From positions 124,001 to 188,000 of the forward strand of contig CBFFRQ010000066.1 in assembly GCA_965644315.1 (NCBI GenBank): a stretch of DNA of 64,000 bases, read 5' to 3'. Source of the DNA: Caecitellus pseudoparvulus (lineage: Eukaryota; Protista; Bigyra: Bicosoecida). Of this stretch, positions 1 through 12,061 are shown in pieces. A program made the translations under genes and the position numbers. The first letter of the stretch is position 1. Each line of letters opens with the position of its first letter. A model generated the notes under the pieces. The model was not told the origin of the DNA. It saw only the letters and a list, made by a program, of their open reading frames with translations, and did no database searches.

Positions 1-1236
1 AGGGCACACCACCTCCACCAAGAGCGGACGCAGCTTTGAGCTGATCCAACGTCAAGGCAAAGGCATTAGCACCCCCAAACATAATGTCGGTGGACGCAGC
101 AGCACTCTGCAGCCCGCTGCGTCCTCGAGTAATGAGAGTGGTGTGCTCGGCCAGTGCCCGCTGTGCTTTCCGGGCTTCCGGTTCAGCTTTGTGCTCCATC
201 AGTATGGTGTCGATTTCTCGTGCTTGGAGCAGCGTCAGCCGCCGGAGCAGGTCCCCAACGTCATCATCGTCCACACCCATCATGTACTGGAAAAACTCAT
301 ACTGCGTGAGGGGGAGGCGGGCTCATGTGGCGTTTGCAGCAAGCAAAGGGAAGTCGGTGGGCTGCGCACGTGGGATGTTTCATCAGGATTGAGCCAAACT
401 GCGTTGCCCTCCGACTTTCCGAACTTTTGCCCTGCTTTGGTTGTGAGCAAGGGAACGGTGACGCCGTGCACGGCGGCCCGGTGCAGCCTGTGTGTCAAGT
501 CGATGCCTGCGCAGATGTTTCCCCACTGGTCACTGCCGCCAACCTGCAGGACAGCATTATGACTCCTATGCAACGCTGCAAAATCATACGCCTGGAAAGC
601 CTGGTACGTGAGTTCTGTCAGGCTGACGCCGTCGCCGTCCCCACGCATTCGAGCAGCGACAGACTCGCGAGACAACATGCTGGATACTCGCATGTGCCGT
701 CCGACATCTCGAAAGAATGATGCCACGCCCATACCTTCATAGTGTGCCGCGTTGTCAACAATGCAGCCCTTGCAGCCAGCCCCCACTTGCGTCGCCGCCC
801 CGCTGGCCTGAACCCATTCAGTGGAGTGTTTCGTGAAAGCCGCAATACTGTTGGAAATCCCGGCGACGTTCAACTGCAGAGCAGCGTCACCCAACACTGG
901 ACGCTCAGTAGACTTTCCACTTGGGTCGCCGATGGACCCGGTCATGCCTCCGACCTGTGGGGGCGCACAGCGGGGTGAATTGATGGAATGCGGAAATTGA
1001 ACTGGAGCAACACGCACGAGCCAAACAGCATCAAAGCCAGAGAACGCCAGGTGCTGAAGAGCAACCATCACCGCCAGATTGCCAACATGAAGGCTTGTCG
1101 CTGTTGGGTCAAAACCAGCGTACGCTGCTACCCGCTTGCCGCTCTTCAGCAAGGCCGACAGGGACTGAGTCGTGGAGTCTTTGACGATGCCCCGGCTCAC
1201 CAGCGAGGAGAGCACAGCGCACGGTACACTCGCCAT
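1..1236 (-). CDS. YARS2: Tyrosyl-tRNA synthetase, bacterial/mitochondrial type (3' end runs off the window; at least 2 introns)
   Basis: Class I aaRS motifs YAGFDPTATSLHVGN (HIGH), GDPSGK, QVGGSDQWGNI and KFGKS (KMSKS). After a GTGCGC..CAG intron near 302-368 the frame continues YEFFQYMMGVDDDDV...AQRALA to base 1 without a stop. Confidence 0.92.
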
Positions 1237-1756
1237 GTTCGTGTGGCGTTCACATCAAGTGCAACGCACCTCACAGGAGGCCTTGCACCTTTACGCGAGA
1301 GCGTGTTCATTTGCGTTGTGACTGCACGGCTTCGTTGTGTTGCTCGCTCCAGTTTTGCAGAGCTGGCAATCTTCGCCACTTCTCGCGACCCTTGCGTAGA
1401 GCACATATGCTGCATACCTTGGCGGAGTGGAAAATGTCCTTTTGTACGTGTTGAGGGAGGGGGAGCCAGCTGCCCGGCTCACGTGCCCGCTCGTGAACCT
1501 GTCTCTCGGTTCAAGGTGGAGCGGGCCAGGCGAGGCTATGCGTGCACAATTCAATCTAAAACGGCATGCTCCCTGCACAATCAAGCAGTGCAGAAGTTGG
1601 TCTTGTTCTCGCACTCACCTGGGCTGAACCCATCGTGCAGGGTGGGTGGCCCAAGTTGTTGGCAACGTCAACCGGCCAAGCAAGGGAGCAGCTAGCCTCA
1701 GCCAATTAGACATTCACGAGGCTCAAGAAAGTGGTTGGAGCAGCTAGTTGCCCTTC

Positions 1757-3569
1757 ATGGCAGCCCAATCAGGGGAAAGCGCATATGTAGGCGGCGCAGC
1801 GGGTTCAGGGGGCAGTGACATGCCTCACTTCGGCGGCAAGAGCGCCAGCGATTCTGGGCGTCTGTGGACAGTGCCACACGCTGCCAGCATGGAGGCGGCA
1901 TCCGGCCCCGGTCCCCGTGCAGCGCACAGCTGCAACCTCATTAACGGGAAGCTATTTGTGTTTGGGGGCTGGAACGGAAAGCGGGGCCTGAACGACTTGC
2001 ACGTGCTCGGTGAGCGGTGTGGCGTTTCAGCGACAGCTTGCGTTTCAGCACGCACACCTCGCGTTGTGCAGATTTGCAAACCTATGAGTGGTGCATCCCC
2101 ACCACCTTGGGCGTGACACCTTCGAGCAGGAATAACCATGCGACATTCGTGGTGGGGCAGCGCCTGTTCATTCACGGGGGGCACGATGGGGGAACGTGGC
2201 TCGCAGACCTGCACTGCTTGGATGTGGACACCATGGAGTGGGTAGCGCCCACAGTGTCTGGGGAGGCACCTTCTGCGAGGGCCTGCCACACATGCACGCT
2301 GCTGGAGGGTCGCCGTGGAGGACGAAAGGTTTACCTCTTCGGGGGGTATGATGGTACACGGTGCTTTTCAGGGCTTGACGTGCTGGAGTGAGTGGCCGCC
2401 AGCTCGCCCTTGCACGGCAGAGCCAGCAACCCCTCCGCTTTGCGCTGCGCAGCATCGAGACGATGACATGGCTACAACCTCGGACCACTGGAACTCCGCC
2501 ACTGTCTCGCAATGCCCAAACTGTCACTGCAGTGGGCAACAAGCTCTTCCTCTTCGGGGGGCACTCGGGCACGAAGCATCTCAGAGACCTGTTTGTCCTG
2601 GACACGTCAACCATGACCTGGTCACAGCCTGAGCAGAAAGGGCAGGTTCCCCCTGGGCTCAGGGGACACTCAGCCAACTTGATCGGTGCCCGAACAATTT
2701 TCGTCTTTGGTGGATACGACGGCCGTGGCCGGTCGAATGACCTGTACCTTTTGGAGTGAGTGACCTGCGACTGGCGGTGACAAGAGCGCTGCGCATGCTT
2801 CCGCCCGCACCATCGCCGCCTCGCCCTCAGTACGGACACCTGCACATGGGAGCATCCCCGGCCAGACGAACACGCACCCTCTGGCCGACAGCGTCACACT
2901 GCTTGCTTGGTCAGCAGCAAGAAGCTCCTGATTCTTGGTGGTTTTGATGGCTACCGGTGGTTGGCCGACATGCACATGCTGGATGTTGCGAAGCTCGAAG
3001 AGAGCGCCATCACTTCTCTGGCCGTGTCAAGCTTGCTTTCGGACCTCAGATCGCTTGTGAATAATCAAGACTCTTTCCCTGATATTCAGTTCCTCGTCGA
3101 CGGGCAAACATTGTACGCGCACAGGAGCATCCTTGTTGCTCGTGCGCCCCACTTTGCTGCAATGTTCCGATCAGGCATGGCTGAGTCAACGGCCACCTGC
3201 ATCCCCATCCCTGATTGGAGCGTGCCTGCCTTCCTCGCCCAACTGGAGTTTCTTTACACTGGAACCGTGCAGGACCTCTCCCCCGACGTGGCCATGGAAA
3301 CCATGGGGCTTGCCGACCAGATGGGCCTGGACGGGCTGAAGCAGCTCTGTGAAGCCGGGCTGATGCAAGGCATTGATGGCGGATCCGTCTGCAGTTTGCT
3401 CCTGATCGCCCATCGACACGGGGCAGCTGAACTAAAGCAGCACTGCATGGAGTACATCATGGGCACGGACGACGACGTCATGCCCATGCTGGAACCCTTG
3501 TCCAGCGAGCCTTCTCTGTTGATGGAGATCACCAAGGAGTTACTTTCTCGGCACAAGGACACAACCTGA
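1757..3569 (+). CDS. Kelch-repeat + C-terminal BTB/POZ protein (LZTR1-like Cul3 adaptor); exons 1757-2009, 2072-2387, 2453-2755, 2831-3569
   Basis: Six kelch-type repeats (PRAAHS..LFVFGG, RNNHA..LFIHGG, RACHT..VYLFGG, RNAQT..LFLFGG, LRGHS..IFVFGG, RQRHT..LLILGG), then BTB DIQFLVDGQTLYAHRSILVARAPHFAAMF..LEFLYTG. Three GTGAG..CAG introns restore one frame. Confidence 0.88.
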
Positions 3570-3713
3570 CTGTCCATGTGGGAAGCACTATTAATCCACA
3601 CGAGTATGCGTCTTGTCCCACGAAGCTCCTCCTTCTGCTCCTCGAAGCACCTCCTGTATTGACAGTTTTCGGGCGTACAGCTGGTCGCTGCGACGCGGAG
3701 CCAGGACACAAGC

Positions 3714-6056
3714 ATGGCCCCTGCCGCTAGGCGATACTTGCTCGTTGCTGCCATTGCAGTTTGCCTGCACCAAGGTTGGTCCAATGTCCATCTGGAGGCT
3801 GGAAAGTCTCTCATCGCTGCAGGGAAGCTGTTCTCCGCGGAGCTGGCCTTCCGGGAGTGTGCCGACGGTCAAGCACAGGCGGAGCCCCGGGTCACAGCCG
3901 AATGCTACACGCTGCTTGGGCGCGTCTTATTGGACCAAACCGTCATATGGGAGCTTTCCGGTCGTCTGGCTCCTCGGCTTCGTGTTCGCATGCTGCTGGA
4001 AGCTGTTGTGTGCGCGAAGCGCAGCATGATGTGGCAACCGTGGAAGGCGCAAGAGCCCGCTCACCTGCTGGACGACCTGACGCACCGTCTCTCTCAGCAA
4101 CCCTGGTTCTCAAAATTCGCACCCAAGCTCCATCTCTTTTCATACGCCGAGGGACCCAAGAGGCACCGAGATGCCATCGCCGAGGCGTCGGGTTTTGCTG
4201 AGAGCTTTGTTGAGGGAGATGAAGAGGCAAGCCGCCGAGCACGATCGCGGTTCCAAGACAGCCAGATTGCCCGCATGCTGGAAGCAGAGCTTGATGAAAG
4301 CAACAGGGACAGATTCATGCCAGAGCCACCACAGCCTGCCTCTGATCAGGTCGTGCGAGCAGACCAGCTGTGGGACTTTGGCTACCGTGCGGCAGCTGTG
4401 CAGCTGCTGTGCACACCTGGCAGCGCATCGGTTCAAGTACCCAAGGAGGAGGGGACCAACATCACCAGGGTTGTGCTCCCCCCAGACGCAGTCCTTGATG
4501 CTCTCACGTTCTTGAAGGTTTGCGGGGGGGTTGTTTTGAGGGGCGCAGTGCCCCCCACGAGCCAGTCCTACGCGGCTGACACCTCCGGGGCAGGCAGCAG
4601 TCTTGGGGTGGACACCAGGAAGGGATCTGACACAGCAAATTCGACTTGTCAAGAGTCGCTGTGTGGTTTTGCTGCCATGGCATCAGAAGCATTCCTGGGC
4701 AACCCTGTTATCCATGCAGTGAGCGCCCAGGCAGTGGGAGAAGGAAGTGTTGTGAAGGTACGCGGCATGAAAGAGACGAATATCTCTTCTATGCATTCAT
4801 CGCCCATGTGGTTCTCGGCCATGTTGCCCATTGAGGTCCCAAGCGTGCTTCTCGAAGGAGTCCGGATGCGTCGCCTCATGGCCTGCTACAACAGCACCGA
4901 CCTCGAAGCACTGGCGGCACGGGGTGTCGAGCCCTGCTCCCTCTCTGAACCGCATCGCCGGAGCACCAGCACAGCTGTTCTGACTGATGCAGGGAGCTCC
5001 TCGGGCCAAGCAGCGGAGCCATTGTCTGGCGAGCCTCAGGTGTCCATTGATATCCAGGGCGGCCGCGCGACAGTGAGCGGTGCGCATGGTCACAAGGGTG
5101 GCACCAGACACAATGACGCAGCGAAACCTGAGGCTGCTCTTGGAGGCTACAGCACTGCAGAGGCTGCGCTTCTTGCTTCTGCCATGCACCACTCACGTTT
5201 GGGCCACTTCGACGCGTCCCCACAGCCCCCGCCACCCGGCTTTGTGATTCGCACACCCTTGCATGTGACGTCTTCTCTCCCCTTCGCCCCGCTAGAGTTT
5301 GTGCCTGGTAGTCACGCAGCGTGCTCCCCTGAACTGCGCAGGGTCCCGCGGGCGGTGCTTTCGACGAGCCCAGGAGCTGACCGCAATTCTACCACTCTAC
5401 ATGGCGCCGCTGCTGCCAGCTTTGAAACCCAACGCCCCCACAGCGAGAACAGCGGCCCCGCACTTGAAGAGGTGGCAATTTGCCCAGCGGGAGCTGACAG
5501 CTCGATGCTGGCACCCCAACTAGGTCCGTCTGACGTGCTGCTCCTGGATGCCCGTGTCCTTCAGCGCTACACTGCCGGGACAGAGGCAGGGCTCACTGCA
5601 TCATTGTTAGAGGCACACTTTACAGTCACCCCTAGATTATCCAAGGCCGGCACAACGCAGTTTGCAGGCTGCTCGGGGGCCGAAGCAGACCAGCTGCCGG
5701 CGTACCTGCAGGGATACGTGGCGTGCTCAGTGACTTCAAACAAAGCAACTCGTGGACCTGGCGAACTCGATGAGGAGGGTGGAGATATTGGTGCCGGAAC
5801 ATACGAGGGCTTTCTCCGACGGTCCTTCGCGCGCCGTGCAGCGAATCAGTGCTCCGCAAGCCATCGCTCACTCGTCGGTGCTTTGGCCGTTGATCCAACA
5901 GCAGCTTCCGGCCAGGCAGGACACACTGGCCTTCGCACCATCGGCCAAGTCGATCGCTTCATGCAGGAGTATGTGCGGTCGTTGTCCTCGTTCGGTCGGG
6001 AAACAGACTCACATGCAGCCTCGCCCGGTGGAGTTCCACCCGGACAAGAGGCTTGA
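3714..6056 (+). CDS. Uncharacterised secreted protein, 780 aa, with a TPR-like N-terminus and a degenerate PhyH-type 2OG-Fe(II) dioxygenase-like region
   Basis: Long ATG-initiated ORF with hydrophobic leader MAPAARRYLLVAAIAVCLHQGWS. PhyH-like motifs GGVVLRGAV, GHFD, PLEFVPGSH and LGPSDVLLLDARVLQR. Confidence 0.6.
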   Translation: MAPAARRYLLVAAIAVCLHQGWSNVHLEAGKSLIAAGKLFSAELAFRECADGQAQAEPRVTAECYTLLGRVLLDQTVIWELSGRLAPRLRVRMLLEAVVCAKRSMMWQPWKAQEPAHLLDDLTHRLSQQPWFSKFAPKLHLFSYAEGPKRHRDAIAEASGFAESFVEGDEEASRRARSRFQDSQIARMLEAELDESNRDRFMPEPPQPASDQVVRADQLWDFGYRAAAVQLLCTPGSASVQVPKEEGTNITRVVLPPDAVLDALTFLKVCGGVVLRGAVPPTSQSYAADTSGAGSSLGVDTRKGSDTANSTCQESLCGFAAMASEAFLGNPVIHAVSAQAVGEGSVVKVRGMKETNISSMHSSPMWFSAMLPIEVPSVLLEGVRMRRLMACYNSTDLEALAARGVEPCSLSEPHRRSTSTAVLTDAGSSSGQAAEPLSGEPQVSIDIQGGRATVSGAHGHKGGTRHNDAAKPEAALGGYSTAEAALLASAMHHSRLGHFDASPQPPPPGFVIRTPLHVTSSLPFAPLEFVPGSHAACSPELRRVPRAVLSTSPGADRNSTTLHGAAAASFETQRPHSENSGPALEEVAICPAGADSSMLAPQLGPSDVLLLDARVLQRYTAGTEAGLTASLLEAHFTVTPRLSKAGTTQFAGCSGAEADQLPAYLQGYVACSVTSNKATRGPGELDEEGGDIGAGTYEGFLRRSFARRAANQCSASHRSLVGALAVDPTAASGQAGHTGLRTIGQVDRFMQEYVRSLSSFGRETDSHAASPGGVPPGQEA

Positions 6057-6426
6057 GCATGCCTGCGTGAATTGGTTGGACTTGGGTCCGAGCGGCCACA
6101 ATGCTTTTCACTGACTCAGCATGTCGCATGCATGCCCGCACGTACCCCCCCTCCTGAGCTTGTGTCTGCTGCCGCCTCGATTCATTCAGCGGCAAGCACG
6201 CCTGGCCAGCCGCAAGTTGCAACTCAGCCGTCAGCGCGCAGCTGGTTGGCCCTGGGAATCCACCCCATTCCTTTTAACAACATTCGGAAGACACTGAATA
6301 GGTGCGAACCGCCTGCTGTGGCGGTCCATGTGTATCTGAACTGGACAGAGCACCGCCCGGCCCAAGCTGTTGACGTTGCTGACTATTTCCGCACCACGCC
6401 GCAGTTGCTGGACACAGGTGGGAAAC

Positions 6427-7452
6427 ATGGATGATGCAGCGGCAGCATGGTCACGTCTACCGACATGGGTTAAGGCAGCGTCTATTGCTGGGGGCCTGCT
6501 GGCCCTGCGAGAAGTGTACGCTCGCGCCACAGAGAAATCTGTAGCTGGTGAAGTCGTCTTGATCACTGGCGCCGGTAGCGGCATAGGGCGACTGATGGCC
6601 CACCGTTTTGCAGGATTGGGAGGTCGCATGGTGCTTTGGGACATAAATGCCGTGGCTGTGCAAGCAGTGGCAGAGGAGCTGACATCCCTGGGGCATGAGG
6701 CTAAGGCATTCACTGTGGACGTAGCTGATCGAACCACCGTGTACAAAGCAGCGGGCGAGGTCTTGAGGGAGTTTGCCAGGGTGGACATTCTGGTCAACAA
6801 CGCAGGGATTGTGTCAGGCAAGAGCTTCCTGGACAACGATGACGAGAAGGTGGAGAAGACGTTTGCCGTGAACACCCTGGCACATTTCTGGAGTGTGAAG
6901 GCATTCCTGCCGGGGATGGTGGACCGCAATCACGGCCATATCGTCACCATCTCCTCAGCATCATCTCAATCGGGTGTCGTGGGGTTGTCTGACTATGCTG
7001 CATCGAAGTGGGCAGCATTCGGCTTCGACGAGTCTCTGAGGCTGGAGTTTCGGAAGAAGGGCTACACCGGGCTGCACACCACGTGCATTTGCCCGTACTA
7101 CATCAACACTGGAATGTTTGAGGGGGTAGCTTCTCGTTTCTCCTTCCTGCTCCCTCTGCTCCAGCCAGAGTTTGTCGCAGACTCAGTGGTGACGGCGGTG
7201 CGGCGCAACACTGCCGTTGTCATGTTGCCCTCTCTCGTTTGGTTCACTGGCACATTTCGCCTGCTCCTGCCAACATCAGTGTACGATTCTGCCATGGAGT
7301 TCCTGGGGATTTCTGCGTCCATGGATGATTTCGTCGGCAGGGGGGACAGCGTGGCCATGCGCCACTCACGAGGAGTCCAAGGTGCGCCTGCCCCATTGCC
7401 AGGAGCAGCCGCCGCAGCCGAAGGGTCAGAGGCAAGCAGGGAGGGGGATTAA
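6427..7452 (+). CDS. Short-chain dehydrogenase/reductase, SDR16C/RDH10/HSD17B11-like
   Basis: TGAGSGIG Rossmann motif, DILVNNAG, catalytic YAASK, CPYYINTGMF and an N-terminal hydrophobic anchor. First in-frame ATG at 6427. Confidence 0.92.
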   Translation: MDDAAAAWSRLPTWVKAASIAGGLLALREVYARATEKSVAGEVVLITGAGSGIGRLMAHRFAGLGGRMVLWDINAVAVQAVAEELTSLGHEAKAFTVDVADRTTVYKAAGEVLREFARVDILVNNAGIVSGKSFLDNDDEKVEKTFAVNTLAHFWSVKAFLPGMVDRNHGHIVTISSASSQSGVVGLSDYAASKWAAFGFDESLRLEFRKKGYTGLHTTCICPYYINTGMFEGVASRFSFLLPLLQPEFVADSVVTAVRRNTAVVMLPSLVWFTGTFRLLLPTSVYDSAMEFLGISASMDDFVGRGDSVAMRHSRGVQGAPAPLPGAAAAAEGSEASREGD

Positions 7453-7685
7453 GGTACAAGCCAAGCGGGACGCCTACTCCTTGTGCTGGACCATGCAGGC
7501 AAGGCCAGCGGGTTGCGAAGATTCTGTTGGTATCCGCAGTGCAAGGCCCCCACTGGTCAAAGAGATGGGCCTGCTCGCAGCCTTTGTGCCGGGTCAACAA
7601 ATCCAACACGGTTTATCCAACTTCACTCAATCTGCTGCATTTTGCCACACCTTCCGCTGTCTAAAGGTTTGGCAGCCCTGCCAGC

Positions 7686-9053
7686 ATGGTGCGTCTTGTC
7701 GTTCTGTGCGCCCTGGTGGGCCTGGCCACAGCGAGCGCTCCAGAGCAGCTGTTTGTGAACTTTGGGGAGCGCCCCGACACGCTGTGGTTCTCATGGATGA
7801 CTGCTAGCCAAGATGCAAGTGTGGTTCAGTACGGTACCAGCGCACAGAACCTGTCCAGTGCAGTGCAAGGCCCGCAACGTAAGTGAATTCCGCAGGAGCT
7901 CGCTTCTCTTCCGCATCTAGCGACGGCGAGGTTTCCACCCACCACACAGCAAAGAACTACACCTTCAGCCTACTTGGCTCTTCTTATACGTCTGGCTATA
8001 TCCACCATGTGCAAGCCACCCAGCTGCAGCCTGCCACGCAGTACTGGTACCGCGTTGGTTCAACCGCTGGCTGGTCAGAGGTGCACACGGTCACAAGCCA
8101 CCCCGGAGTTGGGGCAGACATTCCTTTTTTCTGGGCAGTCGTAGGTGATCTGGGGCAAACCAAGTTCTCGAACCAGACCATTCAGCACTTGCTGGCACAG
8201 CCCAAGCTGCAAGGGATACTGCATGCAGGGGACCTGAGCTACAGGTAGGTGTCACAGGTGGTGTGGCGATCGCCCAGCGGTGCAGACTGACAGACACCTT
8301 GTTCCTTTCCACAGCGATGATGATCAGCTCAAGTATGGCGCCAAGGCAGACCGGGAATGGGACACCTACCAAGCTCTCATTGAGCCACTCAGCAGCGGTA
8401 TGCCATGGCACACGACTGTTGGAAACCATGAAATTGAGAACCCCTTCGACCCTTTCGTCGCCTACCAAGCTCGGTACCGCATGCCTTTCGATGCATCGAA
8501 CCCACTCCAGCAAGGCAGCTTGTGGTGGAGCATGAATGTGGCCAGTGCTCACATCGTTTTCCTGAGCTCCTACTCTCCGTTCGAGGAAGGCTCTGACCAA
8601 TTTCAGTGGCTGACGGCTGACCTTGCCTCCATTGACAAGTCCGTCACCCCGTGGACAATAGTCCTCCTTCACGCGCCGTGGTACAACTCGAACGAGGCTC
8701 ACCATAAAGAGGGTGACGCCATGCGGGACGCCATGGAGCACACCCTGAAACATGCTGGGGTGGACCTTGTGTTTGCCGGGCATGTGCATGCCTATGAGCG
8801 TCACACACGGGTTTACAAGAAGGAGCCAGACCACCATGGACCCGTGTACATCACCATTGGCGATGGCGGGAATCGGGAGGGGCTTGCAACTCACTGGATT
8901 GACCCCCAGCCGGACATTTCCCTCTTCAGGCAGTCGGCCTACGGGCACGGCGAGCTGAACATTGTGAATGCGTCGGCCCTGCACTGGTCTTGGCACCGAG
9001 GGGAGGACAGTGAGGGCACTGTTGCAGACGAGGTGTGGATTTACAAGCAGTGA
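7686..9053 (+). CDS. Purple acid phosphatase (secreted metallophosphoesterase), 2 introns
   Basis: Signal peptide MVRLVVLCALVGLATA and an FN3-like N-domain (YTSGYIHHV..YWYRVG). Metal motifs GDLG, GDLSY-SD, GNHE, VLLH and GHVHAYER, plus GDGGNREG. Confidence 0.93.
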
Positions 9054-9171
9054 TGCTCACGGCAGTTCAATGCCCGCAGCCAGACACAATGAACTCTGCT
9101 GGCCCGTCGGTGTACATTTTTTCGTGGAAGCGTTTGATACACACCCCTTTCCCACCCCCCTCTGGACTGAA

Positions 9172-10510
9172 ATGGCTCAGGCAAAACAAAGTGCGAAGGG
9201 GCCAGCCCCGACGCAGGAACCACCCGTCTTGCCAGCAATGCCACGAGATGCGAAGGGTAAGCTTGAGCACCCAGGCACAAGCAAGCTTGGAACAACACGC
9301 CCACCTACTCTACGTACAGACTCAACACACTGTTGGCGCACCCTTGATGCCTCTGTGTTCAAAGTCAGGGGGCCAACGTACTTTGAGGATGTAAGCCAGC
9401 AGCGGAAATCGATGGCTGCAGGCACGGCTTCATCAACCTGCCCCCCTTCCTTTGGTTCTCACTCAGAAGGTGAAGGTAGACCACCCAGCCGAGCCACTAT
9501 TTGAACTGGCGGCTGTTGAGACGTTTCGGGTCAGGAAAGGGTACATGGAGCAGTGAGTGCAGCTGGCAACGCTGCTCGTCGCTGTGTGGCTTCACGATCA
9601 CCTCGACTACCTCGCTGGAGCTCAGCATTGCTTTGCACGAGGGCAGCTACTTCAGGAGGCAGAGGGCCAGCGGAGACAAGCGGTTCTATTTGATTGTTGT
9701 CTACCAAGGTGCCAGTCAGCCGCGTGTGAGTTGCGCTCTCGGAGCTTGGGGCCCAGTGGCTGCTAGCGCACCTTCCGCTGCTTGCCCGGCTGCCACTTGC
9801 AGGAGCACTTAGTATTGTACTTCACCATGCCAGAGAACGCTTGGGACGCTGACGGGCCTTTGCGATCTGAAACGCAAGCCCACAGGGACGCCGTGCAAGC
9901 GACATGGGAGCGCTTCCTGCATGGTGATGCAGCGTACCGTAAGGCAAGGTGGAAGGTCATCCCTGGCATCCCAGAGGGGGCGTGGGTGGTGCAGAATGCC
10001 TTCGGGAACACACCAACACTGCTGGCAAACAAACTCACGCACACTTGGCATTCGTCCACAGCGCCGGCTATCCCAGATCAAGCCGAACCTTCCAAGGCGG
10101 CTGGTGGTGGCCTGTTTCATGGCGCAGGCGGCGAGGGCAGCACATCCACAGCCGCAGACGCGACTGCCGTCACTAGCACAGCGCCCGCTGCAAGGACTGC
10201 GTACGGCCAGTACCTGGAGGTGGACTGCGATGTGCGCAGCTCCACCATGGCCAAGATGCTCGTGGACCTGCTGCTGGCGCATGCAACAGACGTCGTCATC
10301 AATCTTGGCTTCTTGATTGAGGCGCAAGAAGAGGACGAGCTGCCTGAGCACCTCCTTGGCGCGGCACAAATCGCCAGGGTACATGCGACCCGAATGACAG
10401 TCCTCGAGCATGGCACTTGCATGGCTCCTGCTGGAAAGACAGCTGCCCCTGCAGCAGATGGCTCCTGGGGTTCCTGGCTCGGGTTTGGAGCGGCAAGCCC
10501 CGCCAAGTGA
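9172..10510 (+). CDS. EDR2 C-terminal domain (DUF1336) protein, about 3 introns
   Basis: W..DASVFKVRGPTYFEDK, RWKVIPGIPEGAWVVQNAFG..P.LL, YLEVDCDVRSS and VINLGFLIEAQEEDELPEHLLG, typical of DUF1336. Confidence 0.82.
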
Positions 10511-10527
10511 CTTGAATTCACTGTGCA

Positions 10528-11724
10528 TTAGGATGGTGTTGTGGCGGCAAGGTCTTGTGCGCCTGTGGAAGGCAAGAAGCGCTGCAAGGGCAGCCCCAGC
10601 CACTCCAGGCAGTTGTGACACTTGACAGCGGCAACTCGCTCCTCCTCCCAGCCCATGCTATCTACCAAGCTCCCAACTGCATACGTCTCTCCGTGGTCTT
10701 TCATCTCCCCCAGAGGAAAGGGGTAGTCAGAACCCAAGCAGATTTTGTCGGCCCCAAACTTTTTCACAGCGTACTCCAACATGTCCTGATCATGGGTAAG
10801 AGTGTCCACCCAAAACTTGCCCAGGAACTCCATCGGGGGGGTCTTGCAATCCACAGCACACAAGTCAGGTCTCACGTCATACCCATGCGCAATGCGCCCA
10901 AGCGTGCCCAAAAACGCGCCACTTGCGTGGGCGAACATGACGCGCAAGCTTGGCAAGCGTTCCAGCACGCCTCCCATGATGAGGGAGCAGGCAGCCAGCG
11001 AGCATTCCGCGGGCATACCCACGAGCCAGGGGAGCCAGTACTTTGGCATTCGAGGTTTGCCCATCATGTCCCAGGGGTGCACCAGTATGGCAGCCCCCAG
11101 CTCGGCAGCTTTCTCGAAGATGGGGAAGAGGAAAGGGTCGTCCAGGTTGTACTCCTGCACATGACTGCCGATTTGCACCCCTGCAAGACCCAGCTCTGTA
11201 ACGCACCGCTCTAGCTCAGCCACAGCCAGCTCGGGGGCGTGCATGGGCAGTGTTGCCAATCCTACGAATCGATCAGGCCGCTTGGCCACGCACTCGGCCA
11301 TGTGGTCGTTCAAGAAGCGGCACACTTCCAAGCAATGCTCTGGCTTGGCCCAGTAGCTGAACATCACGGGCACGGTGGACAGGACTTGTACTCTGACATC
11401 GATACTGTCGCATTCCTTCAGCCGAGACTCCAAGTCCCTGAGAGGTCACGAGTGCGGTGCTGCACGCTGGGCAAGAGTGCAGCCAGAGCCAGAGGTTGCA
11501 CCGCACCAGCAGTTGTCCTTGATCTCCCGAAAAAAGTGGCCGTCGTCGCGCCACATCTTGGCCTTGCCCTTCTCATGGTGCTCCAAATAGATGAAACCAC
11601 CGTAACCAAACTTCTCCTTCCAGTTTGGCCACGACTGAGGCAAGATGTGTGTGTGCGTATCGATTGCTACATAGGGCCCGACTGCAGCACCGCCGCCTTC
11701 CACAGCACCTCCTTCGGCAGCCAT
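10528..11724 (-). CDS. ACMSD: 2-amino-3-carboxymuconate-6-semialdehyde decarboxylase (amidohydrolase_2); intron 11438-11506
   Basis: IDTHTHILP..WP..KEKFGYGG, FFREIKDNCWD, QVLSTVPVMFSYWAKP, VHPWDMMG, KYWLPWLVGMPAE and GSDYPFPLGE. Confidence 0.95.
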
Positions 11725-11901
11725 CGCATGCACCAGGGAGGGGATGCACAGTTAAAGGATGCTGGGAATCGCCACTTTCAACGTGCTCTCCTGCCAAGTG
11801 ACACAGCGTCTCAGTCTGTGCTTGGTGTGCGGTTTTTGACGCCATGATGTCCACTGCTGGCCTGAGCACCACCCCCTCCCTGATCATCCGTTCTCTGAGA
11901 T

Positions 11902-11908
11902 TATAAAA
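11902..11908 (+). promoter_or_regulatory. TATA-like element in the divergent ACMSD / 12062-gene intergenic region
   Basis: TATAAAA in otherwise GC-rich DNA, about 150 nt upstream of ATG 12062. Motif match only. Confidence 0.25.
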
Positions 11909-12061
11909 TGCAGCACCCCTCATGAAATAGCAGCAGTGTCATGCTGTCCGCTCCCGCACTTCGCCACTCCTGGCCCTAGGCCGCAGTCGACCCGCACGCT
12001 TGGAGCAAGCGTTTCACCCCGCACCAACAACGTTTCCCTCGGCCCCCAAGCGACCTTCAGC

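Noticed and set aside
1-1236. Bacterial-type TyrRS as horizontal transfer or contamination
   Set aside because: It has spliceosomal introns and host-like composition, and bacterial-type TyrRS is the normal organellar enzyme. The lack of an obvious presequence may reflect a missed 5' exon.
988-1695. 235-aa plus-strand ORF between TyrRS and the Kelch gene
   Set aside because: It partly overlaps TyrRS antisense, has no motifs, and occupies the expected divergent promoter region.
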